A DNA stretch of 64,000 bases from Thermoprotei archaeon (GTDB lineage Archaea > Thermoproteota > Thermoprotei > Gearchaeales > WAQG01). The stretch spans positions 162,961-226,960 of the forward strand of contig JAVZOV010000002.1 of the NCBI GenBank assembly GCA_038881895.1, written 5' to 3'. A program made the translations under genes and the position numbers. The notes under the pieces are model-generated. The model had not been told where the DNA came from. It did no database searches and was given only the letters and a program-made list of their open reading frames with translations. Positions 42,802-53,353 of this stretch are shown piece after piece. How positions within the stretch are numbered: the stretch's first letter is position 1; every line of letters starts with the position of its first letter.

Positions 42802-44169
42802 ATGCGGCCCCTTCCAGAAACAGTGAAAAATAAGATATTTGAATTATGGATGAATGGTCAAGATTATCGAAGTATTAGCGGTCAAGTTAATGTTAGTCTG
42901 GGTAGTATAACTAACGTTATAAATGAAATACGACAAGCATTACCGGATATTAATGAACTGAGAATTTTAAACTCAACATTAAAACGGAATAGTATAACAA
43001 TTAATGATGCTGTGGAAGGGGCGAAGTTTGTGTTAATATTAAAAAATCTTGATGTTGATGTTTCATCATTAGGAGAAGTAATAGGACATATAGCAAAATA
43101 TGGAAATGAGGCGCCAAAAATACTTTTAAAGGCTAGCGAGCTATTTAGGCTTGAAGCAGAACATGGTATAGAGTATGATAGGATAGTAGAGGAGTACCAA
43201 AGGATTAGCAAAAATTTCGTAAAATTACAAAACGATATAAATACATTACGTCAGGAGCACTCTAACTTACAAAATGAAATTATTAATCTTCATGAATTGA
43301 AAGAGCTTCAAAAGAAACTATATGAATTAAAAATTCCTATCAAAAGGTTGGATCAAATAATTAGTCAGAGTCAGAGATTAGAAGAACTCGGTTTTACACC
43401 AGAAACTGCAGAGATCCTTAGTTCTGAGTTGATTAAGCATGGCATTAATATGGAGACAGCTATTAAAACATTGATTAGAATGCTATCTGAATATAAGTCG
43501 TTGACTGAAAGTATAGAGATCAAAAGAAAAGAGCTTGAGGATGTACAAAGCGAGTTAGAAAAGAACAAAAAATTATTGGAGGAAATAAAGTGGTCAAAAG
43601 ATTTTAATGAAAAAGTATTAAACGATCTTGAACGATTAATTAAGGAAAAAAGTAATATAATATCTGAATTGGATGAAGAAATAAAACTAAAACGTATTCA
43701 TATTGAAGAGGAGATAAAGAAACAGCAACGGGAGCTTGAAGAGAAACATACGAGAATGATCGCAGAATTAGAAAAGCGTTTGGAATCATTGCAAGCAAGC
43801 ATAACAAGTAGGCAAAATGAGATAAACAAGTTAGAGAGAAAAAGATCAGAATTAGGTGATGAAATAAAAATGCTTCAAGACACTGTGGAACTAAAAATTA
43901 AAGATCTTGAAATTAGGGTAAAAGAGATAGAAAGGAAAATAACTTTGACGGAACCGCTGGCAAAACTTGTCAGGTTGATAGACAACCCTATGGAAGCTAA
44001 TAACAAATCAAATCTAGAAAGCTTAATACCTATTATGATAAATATAAGAGAAGCGTGGGAGAAGCATCAGGAAAGGGACCCAAGCAAGATTGCGTCGATT
44101 AATGAATTTATAAAATCACTGGACAAACTTCTAGAGGCAATAGTAGGAGAGAGCACAATTGGACAATAG
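42802..44169 (+). CDS. Hypothetical protein: N-terminal HTH, internal helical repeat, long coiled coil
   Basis: KIFELWMNGQDYRSISGQVNVSLGSITNVI HTH pattern; heptad-rich K/E/L segments. Confidence 0.8.
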   Translation: MRPLPETVKNKIFELWMNGQDYRSISGQVNVSLGSITNVINEIRQALPDINELRILNSTLKRNSITINDAVEGAKFVLILKNLDVDVSSLGEVIGHIAKYGNEAPKILLKASELFRLEAEHGIEYDRIVEEYQRISKNFVKLQNDINTLRQEHSNLQNEIINLHELKELQKKLYELKIPIKRLDQIISQSQRLEELGFTPETAEILSSELIKHGINMETAIKTLIRMLSEYKSLTESIEIKRKELEDVQSELEKNKKLLEEIKWSKDFNEKVLNDLERLIKEKSNIISELDEEIKLKRIHIEEEIKKQQRELEEKHTRMIAELEKRLESLQASITSRQNEINKLERKRSELGDEIKMLQDTVELKIKDLEIRVKEIERKITLTEPLAKLVRLIDNPMEANNKSNLESLIPIMINIREAWEKHQERDPSKIASINEFIKSLDKLLEAIVGESTIGQ

Positions 44170-44569
44170 GATAGAATCACTCATAACCAAAGTAAGTGAG
44201 TTGTCATTAAGACTACAAGATATAAGCAAAAGTTTTGATAATATTAATCTTAATGAAAGGATGTTATTTTCGCGACGGAAAGCGTTCATAATAATCGTTG
44301 ATAGAATTAAGGAGAGGGTTCTGAAAGAAATAGATGAAGTCCATATAAAAGGTGGAAGACCTTGGGTTGAAATATGGAAAATAACTACATATATATTCAT
44401 ACATGGGACCGATTACCCACTCAGTGAAAGCATAATAATAACCCCAGAAGAATTCTTAACTAAGATTGATCAATTAAAGAATTCGATACTTAATGGTGAA
44501 CAGGATAAAAATCTATATTATACACCTGAACAATTAATCTATGAGTATTTTTCTTCTCAAAAATCGTAA
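44159..44569 (+). CDS. Hypothetical protein translationally coupled to the coiled-coil gene
   Basis: TTG start overlaps the upstream stop, AGGAG RBS; no recognisable motif. Confidence 0.65.
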   Translation: MDNRIESLITKVSELSLRLQDISKSFDNINLNERMLFSRRKAFIIIVDRIKERVLKEIDEVHIKGGRPWVEIWKITTYIFIHGTDYPLSESIIITPEEFLTKIDQLKNSILNGEQDKNLYYTPEQLIYEYFSSQKS

Positions 44570-44696
44570 TAGTCATTTCTTGAAAATTCTTTATGGTTTT
44601 ATTTTTTCATAATTCGCGCATAGTAAATATTTTTAGGCACATCATTGATATCTCTTTACTCTGAAATTGTAAATACTTAACTCTTAGTAAGAGTGG

Positions 44697-45860
44697 TTAT
44701 TTTTTATACCATTGTGCCCATATATTTTTAGTGTTTAGGAAACATTGCGGGTCATCACCGTTAATGTCCCCTGTTAAATAATACGCACGTATTCTGTCTC
44801 CACCATTACAGATGTTTCTAAATGGGCAGGAAGAACATTTTGAACCTGTTAAATCTGGTTCTATGAATGGTTTGAGTAGATAAGAACTTTCTTTTAATAT
44901 ATCTTTGAGTGTTTTATGTTTAACATTTCCTAATGTTATAAAATCTACGAATTGGCATGGATGAACAGAACCATCTGGAAATATTGATATGATTTTTCGT
45001 CCACAACCTCCTTGGGCTCGTACAACTTCTAATAATTCCTTAAAATCTTTTTGGTCTTTAGCTATCTTATGAGCAACATAGATTCCATCAAAAGGTGCCA
45101 TGGTAGTTTCAATCTCAAGTTTGCCTGCATATTTTCTAGAAATATTTATTAAATAATCCATGAAATCAAAGTATTGCGAAGGAGTAATATACCAGTCTTT
45201 CAATGACTTTGCTCTTCCTGCAGATGAAAGATGATAAAATGTAACCCGAGGCACTCCTAATCGCAAAGCAAGATCAATGTAAGATTTCACATCATTAATA
45301 TTAAATCTAGTTACCGTTAATCTTAATCCTACTGAAAGACCAGCATGTATAGCATTTTTTATGCCATTGATTGTTGATTGATATCCCCCTTTTACGCCTC
45401 TAAATTGATCGTGCCATTCTTCTATTGGACTATCTAAGCTTATACCTATATAAATAAATCCTAGATCGCGCAATCTAGAGGCAATTTCAGGTGTTATCAA
45501 GGTACCATTAGTACTCAATACTAACCGTAAACCGAGCGACGAAGCATATTCAGATATATCAAAAAAGTCTTTCCTAATGAGAGGTTCCCCTCCGCTCATT
45601 ATTATTAATGGCACACCCAGTTCTTTCATCTGATCAACAGTATTTAGTGCCTCTTCTCGTGTAAGATCATCAACTAACGGTCCTGTAATTGCATTAATAT
45701 AACAATGCAAGCATTTCAAGTTACATCGTCTTGTAATGTTCCATGAGATAACTGGTTTATAAATGTCGCTAAAAGTGCTTGGTCTTCCTTTTCCATAATT
45801 TCCTTTTATTTTAAATGATGTAGTTCCTCGTTCAGTAACCATTACAGTTATAGGGATCAA
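44697..45860 (-). CDS. ahbC: Radical SAM/SPASM protein, AhbC/NirJ1-like (alternative heme pathway)
   Basis: WNITRRCNLKCLHCY, SGGEP, GISLD, PCQF, CxxCxxxxxCxGGDR. Confidence 0.7.
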   Translation of the reverse strand: MIPITVMVTERGTTSFKIKGNYGKGRPSTFSDIYKPVISWNITRRCNLKCLHCYINAITGPLVDDLTREEALNTVDQMKELGVPLIIMSGGEPLIRKDFFDISEYASSLGLRLVLSTNGTLITPEIASRLRDLGFIYIGISLDSPIEEWHDQFRGVKGGYQSTINGIKNAIHAGLSVGLRLTVTRFNINDVKSYIDLALRLGVPRVTFYHLSSAGRAKSLKDWYITPSQYFDFMDYLINISRKYAGKLEIETTMAPFDGIYVAHKIAKDQKDFKELLEVVRAQGGCGRKIISIFPDGSVHPCQFVDFITLGNVKHKTLKDILKESSYLLKPFIEPDLTGSKCSSCPFRNICNGGDRIRAYYLTGDINGDDPQCFLNTKNIWAQWYKK

Positions 45861-45964
45861 TTTAACTCTCTATTTTAATAGACATTTTCATAATTAAACA
45901 TTTTAGAACTCTCAGTAATAACTCTAGGTTGCATTAATTTTTTATTGATTAACATTGTTCATTT

Positions 45965-47146
45965 TTGGTGTTGAATTTGCTGAACGACAGCAAGAGAACA
46001 ATAACCATGCACGAAAACAGTAAGAGCTACCAAGTTCCAGTAAAGAGAATTAATTATGATGAACGACCCATACTTGTTTTTTGGGAGTCTACAAAGGCTT
46101 GTTTACTTGCATGTAAACATTGCAGAGCCGAAGCTATTAAGAGCGCTTTACCTGGTGAATTAACAACTGAGGAAGGATATAAGTTTATAGAAAGCCTGAC
46201 CCAATTTGGAAAACCATATCCAGTCTTAATAATAACTGGTGGTGATCCTTTAATGAGAATTGATATATATGATTTAATGGAATATGCAAGCTCACTTAAC
46301 ATACCTGTAAGTCTTGCACCAAGTGTTACACCAAAATTAACTCGCGAATCAATTAGAAAGATTAAAGAAATGGGTGTGAAGACAATTTCTATAAGTCTTG
46401 ATGGAGCCACACCAAAAACACATGAGTCAATTAGAGGAATTCAAGGTCATTTTAATATAACAATAGATACAATTCGCACGATAGTATCAGAAGGTGTAAC
46501 AGTCCAGATTAACACTGCAGTAATGAAAGAGAATGTGCTAGAATTGCCCTATATAGCTTCTATAGTAAAGAACTTAGGTGCCTCTATATGGGAAGTATTC
46601 TTTTTAATAAAAGTCGGAAGAGGAATCAATGTCGAAGAAATAACACCTATAGAATATGAAGATGTCATGCATTTCCTTTACGATGCATCCATGTATGGTT
46701 TTACAATCAGAACAGTTGAAGCACCATTTTTCAGAAGAGTTGTTACATGGCGTAAAAATAACATTCCTCAAACAAAATATGCTCCAAGCAAACTATACTA
46801 TCAACTTTCCAACAAATTAAAAGAATTATTAGGAACACCTACATCAGAAGTGAAAGTCCACACCGTTGGAACACGTGATGGGAAAGGAATAATATTTGTT
46901 GCATATAACGGTGATGTTTACCCAAGCGGATTTCTTCCATTGCCATTAGGCAACATACGTACAAAAAGTATCGTGGATATTTATAGAAATAATCAAATAC
47001 TCAAAGACATCAGAGCAGCTAATTTTAAAGGACGCTGTGGTGTTTGTGAATTCAAAGATATATGCGGGGGTTCTAGAGCTCGCGCATACGCAACATATAA
47101 AGACCCATTAGACGAGGATCCTGCATGCATATACGTTCCTGAATAA
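45965..47146 (+). CDS. Radical SAM/SPASM protein, AhbD/NirJ2-like
   Basis: FWESTKACLLACKHCRAEA, TGGDP, YPSGFLP, CGVCEFKDICGGSRARAYA. Confidence 0.8.
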   Translation: MVLNLLNDSKRTITMHENSKSYQVPVKRINYDERPILVFWESTKACLLACKHCRAEAIKSALPGELTTEEGYKFIESLTQFGKPYPVLIITGGDPLMRIDIYDLMEYASSLNIPVSLAPSVTPKLTRESIRKIKEMGVKTISISLDGATPKTHESIRGIQGHFNITIDTIRTIVSEGVTVQINTAVMKENVLELPYIASIVKNLGASIWEVFFLIKVGRGINVEEITPIEYEDVMHFLYDASMYGFTIRTVEAPFFRRVVTWRKNNIPQTKYAPSKLYYQLSNKLKELLGTPTSEVKVHTVGTRDGKGIIFVAYNGDVYPSGFLPLPLGNIRTKSIVDIYRNNQILKDIRAANFKGRCGVCEFKDICGGSRARAYATYKDPLDEDPACIYVPE

Positions 47147-47313
47147 CACAAAAGGTTCGGACTGACGAAGAATATTATTTTAGTTATCTTTATTATGAAA
47201 CAATTTTAAAATTAGTTTAACGCGCTAAGATGAATTCAAGAGCTAGTAGCGCAGTTTTTGCTTCTGAAAAGTGAGGTAAGATAGATTTAGATTTAAGTTA
47301 TTTTTATAGATAC

Positions 47314-48666
47314 TTGGTGTTAGCCTTGGATAGAACTAGTGAGGAAGAGGAAGATTTTGAGTGGTATCTTGATTTTGTGAAGAAAGAATACAAACCTAGG
47401 AATGATGAAATTATTGCAGTATTCAGAATCACACCATCGGAAGGAATAAGTATAGAGGATGCTGTTGGTCGTGTTGCGTCGGAATCTAGTGTTGGAACGT
47501 GGACTACACTTTATTCACTACCTTCTAGGATTCGTGAGTTGATGGCTAAAGGTTATGAGATTATTAGTTTAGATGATGGAAGTTATTTAGTTAAGGTTGC
47601 TTATCCTTTAGATTTATTCGAAGAACGTAATGTTCCTCAACTTATTAGCTCTATTGCTGGAAATATTTTTGGTATGAAAGCTATAAAGGGATTAAGGTTA
47701 GAAGATATTTATCTTCCAGAAGCTTATATAAAATATTTTGATGGGCCTATAAAAGGTGTTAATGGTGTTAGAGATTCTCTAAAAATATATGATAGGCCAT
47801 TACTTGCTACAGTCCCTAAGCCTAAGGTAGGAATGGATACTAGTGAGTACGCTAGTACTGCGTATGAAATACTTTCTGGAGGTATAGATTTGTTAAAGGA
47901 TGATGAGAATTTGTCGAATCAGAAGTTTATTAGATTTTCCGATAGATTAAATGCTGTGATGAAAGTTATTGATAGTGTTGAAAAAGAAAGTGGTGAAAGA
48001 AAAGGATATCTGATTAATGTTACTGCCGAAATGAATGAGATGAGCAAAAGAATTAAGCTTGTTGCAGATTATGGTAATGAATTCATCATGATAGATTTTG
48101 TGATTATAGGATGGGCAGCTGTTCAGGCTGTTAAAGAATTAGCAGAGGAGTACAATCTTGCGATACATGCGCACAGAGCTTTTCATGCTGCGTTCACACG
48201 TAATCCATTTCATGGTTTATCTATGTTTGTTTTAGCTAAACTTGCTAGGCTAATCGGTGTAGATCATATACATGTTGGTACACCAGGTGTAGGGAAACTT
48301 GAGGCGAAAACTACTGATGTAATGAATGTTTGCAACTTGCTCAGAGAACATACGTACAAACCATTGAATAACGACATATTTCATTTAGAACAACCATGGT
48401 ACGGGTTAAGATCAGTATTTCCAACTTCATCAGGCGGGCTTCATCCAGGTACGCTTCCTATAGTTTTAGAAAATCTTGGTAAAGATATAATAATACAAGT
48501 TGGGGGTGGAGTTATGGGTCATCCTGATGGCCCGCGATCAGGAGGAAGGGCTGTGAGAGAAGCAATAGAAGCCGCAATTAAAGGAATACCTATTGAGGAA
48601 TATGCAAAAGATCATAAAGAACTTCAGCGAGCATTAAATAAGTGGGGCTTTGTTAAACCTATCTAA
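47314..48666 (+). CDS. rbcL: Form III RuBisCO large subunit
   Basis: ESSVGTWT, KPKVG, DLLKDDE carbamylation motif, HAHRAFHAA, GKL loop-6 Lys, SGGLHPG, GGGVMGHP. Confidence 0.95.
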   Translation: MVLALDRTSEEEEDFEWYLDFVKKEYKPRNDEIIAVFRITPSEGISIEDAVGRVASESSVGTWTTLYSLPSRIRELMAKGYEIISLDDGSYLVKVAYPLDLFEERNVPQLISSIAGNIFGMKAIKGLRLEDIYLPEAYIKYFDGPIKGVNGVRDSLKIYDRPLLATVPKPKVGMDTSEYASTAYEILSGGIDLLKDDENLSNQKFIRFSDRLNAVMKVIDSVEKESGERKGYLINVTAEMNEMSKRIKLVADYGNEFIMIDFVIIGWAAVQAVKELAEEYNLAIHAHRAFHAAFTRNPFHGLSMFVLAKLARLIGVDHIHVGTPGVGKLEAKTTDVMNVCNLLREHTYKPLNNDIFHLEQPWYGLRSVFPTSSGGLHPGTLPIVLENLGKDIIIQVGGGVMGHPDGPRSGGRAVREAIEAAIKGIPIEEYAKDHKELQRALNKWGFVKPI

Positions 48667-48781
48667 CTATATTGTGAGCAACTGCTTGCAGCAAAAGAAG
48701 GCACAGAGTCCTAGAGATAGATATAAGGTTCTATTAGAAGAAGATGTCTAGAATGGTTAAATTGTAAAAGGGAATTTTCTT

Positions 48782-50002
48782 TCAAGATGAGGAGGCCAGA
48801 TATTTTAATGCTACTGTTAGCAATGACATTATAACAAAGATAATCATAGCTATTCTAAAGATTGCAGATGGTCCTCCTAAATCGAATGCGAATCCTGCTA
48901 TTAGGTTTCCTGATGCTACACCAATACTAAGCATTGTGCTATATAACCCCATGGCTGAACCTCTACGATCGATATGTGCTTTATCACCTGTATATGCTAA
49001 AATTGATGGGACTATAGCTGTCATCATAAATATAGAGATACCTGCTATTATCGCGAACGATATGTCTCTTCTGATAATTTCTATAATATTAATCAAAAGA
49101 TTTTCGCTAATTCTTTTCTGTTTTTCAATTAAATATATTAACGATCCTAAAACACCTATTATACCAATTGTACCTATTAATATTGTTTTCTCTCTACCAA
49201 TTCTATCAGAAAGCATTCCAAAAAATACAGAACCAATTCCGAGCATTATTGCACCGATAAAGAGTAGTATGCCTGTTTCACTAGGTCTTATCCCAAATGT
49301 TGCCAATGCTTTTGGTGAGAAAAACACTATTCCAAGTAAAAACGTTACTGCAAACCATAACGGTAACATTGATTTGGCATTTTTATCTAATGCAGTGAAA
49401 GGGTTTGCGTGAAAATGTTCACTAAATTTGTGATGTGGCTCCTTTAGAAATAATGATAGCATGGTTGTTGCAAAAAAGAGTGTTCCAGCTACAAGAAAAA
49501 CATAATGTAATTTATGATAAAAAATACTAATTAACCATGACGATAATAAGATTCCTAACGCGTAACCTATAATGTTAAAGAAATCGAATGCTCCCATACC
49601 TGTTCCTCTATTTTCTATTACAGTTAAGTCAGTTAGCATGGTTAATGTTGAAACAGTAACAGCAGAAGCAGAAATTCCCATCAATGCATGCATGAATGAA
49701 ATAATGTAAATGTTTGTAGTAATGCTTATTAATGACATGAAAATGCCTGATGATAATAAACCAATTAAGAATACGTTTTTTCTTCCCTTCCTATCTGAAT
49801 AACTACCGATAAATGTTGCCGATATAGCCTCAAAAATAGGATATAATGCTAAAGATGTTCCAACAACCTTTCCAGATGCATAATGAATATAAGCGGGAAA
49901 AGTAATAATTAACAATCCGTAACCTATTCTAGTTATTAAGACTGCAATATAAAGCATAATAACGTTTTCAGTTTCAGTTATTTGTACATTTCCTTTTAAC
50001 AT
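48782..50002 (-). CDS. MFS transporter
   Basis: GSYSDRKGRK and GMLSDRIGRE motif A; about 12 TM helices. Confidence 0.9.
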   Translation of the reverse strand: MLKGNVQITETENVIMLYIAVLITRIGYGLLIITFPAYIHYASGKVVGTSLALYPIFEAISATFIGSYSDRKGRKNVFLIGLLSSGIFMSLISITTNIYIISFMHALMGISASAVTVSTLTMLTDLTVIENRGTGMGAFDFFNIIGYALGILLSSWLISIFYHKLHYVFLVAGTLFFATTMLSLFLKEPHHKFSEHFHANPFTALDKNAKSMLPLWFAVTFLLGIVFFSPKALATFGIRPSETGILLFIGAIMLGIGSVFFGMLSDRIGREKTILIGTIGIIGVLGSLIYLIEKQKRISENLLINIIEIIRRDISFAIIAGISIFMMTAIVPSILAYTGDKAHIDRRGSAMGLYSTMLSIGVASGNLIAGFAFDLGGPSAIFRIAMIIFVIMSLLTVALKYLASSS

Positions 50003-50188
50003 CTTTTTAACACAACAATTTCATAATAGTCTTCCTAATATTGTTTTGTTTTATATTATATTTCTGTTTATTCCATTCATTTAAAAACTATATATAAGAA
50101 AATTTCAGAAGAACCTAACATCGATTTGATAATCACAAATACTTTAAACTTTGTATACTAGTTTTTTAATGGATAAATTTTGATTGTT

Positions 50189-50629
50189 TTATGATTCCTT
50201 TTTGGAAAGTAATTTCAAACCTGTAGCATTATCATGTATTCTTATAAGTTCCTCACCGCTGATTTCAATAAGGAAAAGCTCTCCTGCAAATACTTTGCTT
50301 CCTGGTAAAACATGACCTCCTACTATGATACTGTTTCTATCGCCGGCATTCACATGACAATGAATAAACACATCATTTTCATCAATACTTATATTGCCTA
50401 TAATACTTGTCATTTCTAATTCCTCTGTAAAAATGTTTTCTTCATACTTTTTCTTCTTTTGATCATAAAATGCAATACGAAGTTCTTCAAATGCTCCTAT
50501 TCCAAAGAAAAATCCTGCTTTAATGTTCAGTTTACGTGCAATTTCTTTAATTTGCTCAATTATGTCCTCACCTTTGTTTAATTTTATAATATGACTCTTT
50601 ATATTACTAGATGAAAGGATTACAGACAT
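50189..50629 (-). CDS. PPC/DUF296-domain protein
   Basis: GIGA, EMTSIIGNIS, HCH, GGH. Confidence 0.9.
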   Translation of the reverse strand: MSVILSSSNIKSHIIKLNKGEDIIEQIKEIARKLNIKAGFFFGIGAFEELRIAFYDQKKKKYEENIFTEELEMTSIIGNISIDENDVFIHCHVNAGDRNSIIVGGHVLPGSKVFAGELFLIEISGEELIRIHDNATGLKLLSKKES

Positions 50630-50693
50630 AGTGCATCAGATAAAAATAGGTTTACATTAAAATATCTTTATCTGATTTTTCATTAGATCTAAT

Positions 50694-51914
50694 TTAAATT
50701 ACTCCCCTTATTTTCATTAATTTTTCATCCTGATTCCAGACCCATTCTTCAGACTTCTGATCAAATTTGTCGTAAGGTAACCCTTTATGTTTTATTGTTT
50801 CTGTATTTAATACTAAGAGTCTGTATGTTAACAGCGACCCTGTTTCTCTTAACTTATCAAGTGCTTGTGCTAATGAGAAAAGTTCAACGACCGGAAAGTA
50901 AAATTGCGCAATCATGGTATTTGCATTAAGAACTTTAACTATGCTTTTGGTGAATGGAGATGCCATTTTTAGTGTATTAACTAATTTTGCTAGAGCTGTT
51001 GTATCTTTAGGTTGTGCAATAAGTATTGTATGAACAGTAGCTATCTTACCCCTTAACATGCTTGGGTACAATTCAAGATGAACTTTAAGGTTGGTTATCA
51101 CCTTTTTCTTTTCTATATGATGTATATAATGATAATAAATCCCTTGAAAGCTCAGTCCTTTCATTTCTCTGTGAATATCTCCTAAACTTACAAATGCATC
51201 AACCTCAAACTTTTTTAACATTGCTGTATCAACATCATCAAGCCATATTCTAATAAACCCACCTCCTCGTAAAATATCATCCAGTTCTCCAGAAACGCTA
51301 TCAAATTTACTAAATAGATCGCTCCAATTTAATTCCCACGACTTAGTGAGTTTGTTATAGTTCTCAAAAGATATTGGAACAACAAGCTCTGGTGTTGTAG
51401 GAAATGCTTCATACTTGCTTAAAAGACCTTGCCTTATGGCCTCATCAAATATTTCAGTAAGAAAATTCTCATGACCTATAGGAACCATTACCTGTGCGTA
51501 TATTTGAGGTCCGTCACTCCAACCCTTGCTCACGTATGTGCAATAATCCTCAAGCGCACTAAGTACTTTTTGTGATCCACCGATCTTATTCTCCGTTAAT
51601 ATTACAGAAAACGGTCTTAATCCAAGTGGATATGGATTTATGTATGCAGAAATTTTTATGAACTTGCTCTCTGTTAGCTTGTTAATTACATTATGAGCTG
51701 AGGCTATGGGAATAGACGTGTGCTTTGCAATCTCAGATATGTTCGTAGTATTCGCCTTCGAAATATGCTCAACAATTTTCATTGCTCTATCATCCAATAA
51801 GCCTATTATTCTTGCAGTCTCTAACACCCACTCAAATACCCAATCTTGGCCAAAAACTTCTGTAGTTGTCTTATTTTTCTCTGCGCTCATTCCAAACATC
51901 ACTCCTTTTAACAT
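50694..51914 (-). CDS. Tandem wHTH / Lrp-AsnC-like putative transcription regulator
   Basis: Two repeats of LDD...HTH followed by a ferredoxin-like domain, each ending WxxNW-like. Confidence 0.65.
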   Translation of the reverse strand: MLKGVMFGMSAEKNKTTTEVFGQDWVFEWVLETARIIGLLDDRAMKIVEHISKANTTNISEIAKHTSIPIASAHNVINKLTESKFIKISAYINPYPLGLRPFSVILTENKIGGSQKVLSALEDYCTYVSKGWSDGPQIYAQVMVPIGHENFLTEIFDEAIRQGLLSKYEAFPTTPELVVPISFENYNKLTKSWELNWSDLFSKFDSVSGELDDILRGGGFIRIWLDDVDTAMLKKFEVDAFVSLGDIHREMKGLSFQGIYYHYIHHIEKKKVITNLKVHLELYPSMLRGKIATVHTILIAQPKDTTALAKLVNTLKMASPFTKSIVKVLNANTMIAQFYFPVVELFSLAQALDKLRETGSLLTYRLLVLNTETIKHKGLPYDKFDQKSEEWVWNQDEKLMKIRGVI

Positions 51915-52208
51915 TATTAAAATATAGAATCTTATACAAAAAGTTATTGTTCGAAAATTTTACAATACAATAATTTTCAGTATTAAGAATAACAAACATT
52001 CATTATAAAACTTAATATACATATTAATAATTTTTATACTATTGCACAAAAAATATTATCAGATGGTAGAACACAAAGAATGTTTTTCTTGACTTATTTA
52101 GTGCACTAAAGCTAATAAGATCGTGAACAGCAAACTTTTTTAACATTAAGTTTTCAAATAAACCAAATAAACTTATATTAATGTGCTCGTTTATTCTCTT
52201 GATTAATC

Positions 52209-52637
52209 ATGAAGACAATATACTTAATTGCTGGTTTAATAGTGATAGTTGCAGCAGGTGCCTTGGCGTACATATTTATCAGTGGTGGTCTTTTCAGTAG
52301 TGGAGGCGGCGGAACGAGCAGTGCATGTACACCAAACGTTAGCTATGTCTTGGTGGCTTACAATAATCAATACTTCTTCCAAAATGATACTAATTATAAA
52401 CATCCAAATCCAACACTTTATGCAAAGGTTGGAGATTGTGTACAAATAAAGATCATAGATAACGAGAACGTTATTCACAACTATGTCATAAATCAGCTCA
52501 ATGTGCAATCTAGTGATATAACTGCGCAGGGGCAAACAGCAACAGTAACCTTTAAAGTTAACCAACCAGGTACGTACAAATGGATATGCTCCTATCACAC
52601 TGATACTATGAATGGACAATTTGTAGTAAGTCCATGA
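52209..52637 (+). CDS. Membrane-anchored cupredoxin (blue copper protein)
   Basis: N-terminal TM helix, Gly/Ser linker, HN and C-x2-H-x3-M type-1 copper ligands (CSYHTDTM). Confidence 0.88.
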   Translation: MKTIYLIAGLIVIVAAGALAYIFISGGLFSSGGGGTSSACTPNVSYVLVAYNNQYFFQNDTNYKHPNPTLYAKVGDCVQIKIIDNENVIHNYVINQLNVQSSDITAQGQTATVTFKVNQPGTYKWICSYHTDTMNGQFVVSP

Positions 52638-52787
52638 ATTAATCAGTTCTCTTATTTTTTTATCTATAATATTTTCATAAAATCATGCCTACTATTGACC
52701 TTCATGTGTCATGTGATTTTTAAATATTTTGCTTTTTATGTGTGCGTAAAGTTTAATTGTTTTAAAAACTACTTAAGTGTGGGCTTT

Positions 52788-53351
52788 GTGTTAGCTGACT
52801 TGACAAGCGAAGGTTTGATTGCTTTAATGTATGAGACAAATTCTGTAAAGTTTGGTAAATTTAAACTTTCTTCTGGAAAGGAAAGTAACGTCTATATAGA
52901 TTTAAGAAATGCGTTATCCTATGTTAAGCTACGAGAGATTATTGTAAGGATGATGATGCATGTTGTAAAAACTTTAGATTATGATATTGTTGTAGGGGTG
53001 GCTACTGGTGGGCTACCGTGGGCATCTTTATTAGCTTATGAGGAACGTAAACCATTATCGTATGTTCGTGAGAGTAAAAAAGAACATGGAACTGAACATC
53101 TTATTGAAGGACGCGTTAATAATATGAAATGCTTGATTATTGATGATGTTGCCACTACTGGTAGGAGTCTTTTGAACGCTGTGAGTGTAGTAAGAAATCA
53201 CGGTGGATCTGTTCTTTATGCATTAGTAATTGTTGATAGGAATGAGGGCGCAAAAAAAGTGTTATTGGATGCTAATGTTGAGCTTAAGAGTGTTCTTTCC
53301 TTAGATGATATATTAAGTTTTGGTTTAAAAAGAGGGTTTGTGGTGAAGTAA
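52788..53351 (+). CDS. pyrE: Orotate phosphoribosyltransferase (start codon uncertain)
   Basis: FKLSSGKESNVYIDLR, KEHG, IIDDVATTG. Confidence 0.93.
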   Translation: MLADLTSEGLIALMYETNSVKFGKFKLSSGKESNVYIDLRNALSYVKLREIIVRMMMHVVKTLDYDIVVGVATGGLPWASLLAYEERKPLSYVRESKKEHGTEHLIEGRVNNMKCLIIDDVATTGRSLLNAVSVVRNHGGSVLYALVIVDRNEGAKKVLLDANVELKSVLSLDDILSFGLKRGFVVK

Positions 53352-53353
53352 TA

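Noticed and set aside
50694..51914. Possible fused siroheme decarboxylase AhbAB
   Set aside because: Lrp-like repeats are present but the HxYxR catalytic motif and the FPLxxRPF signature are not seen
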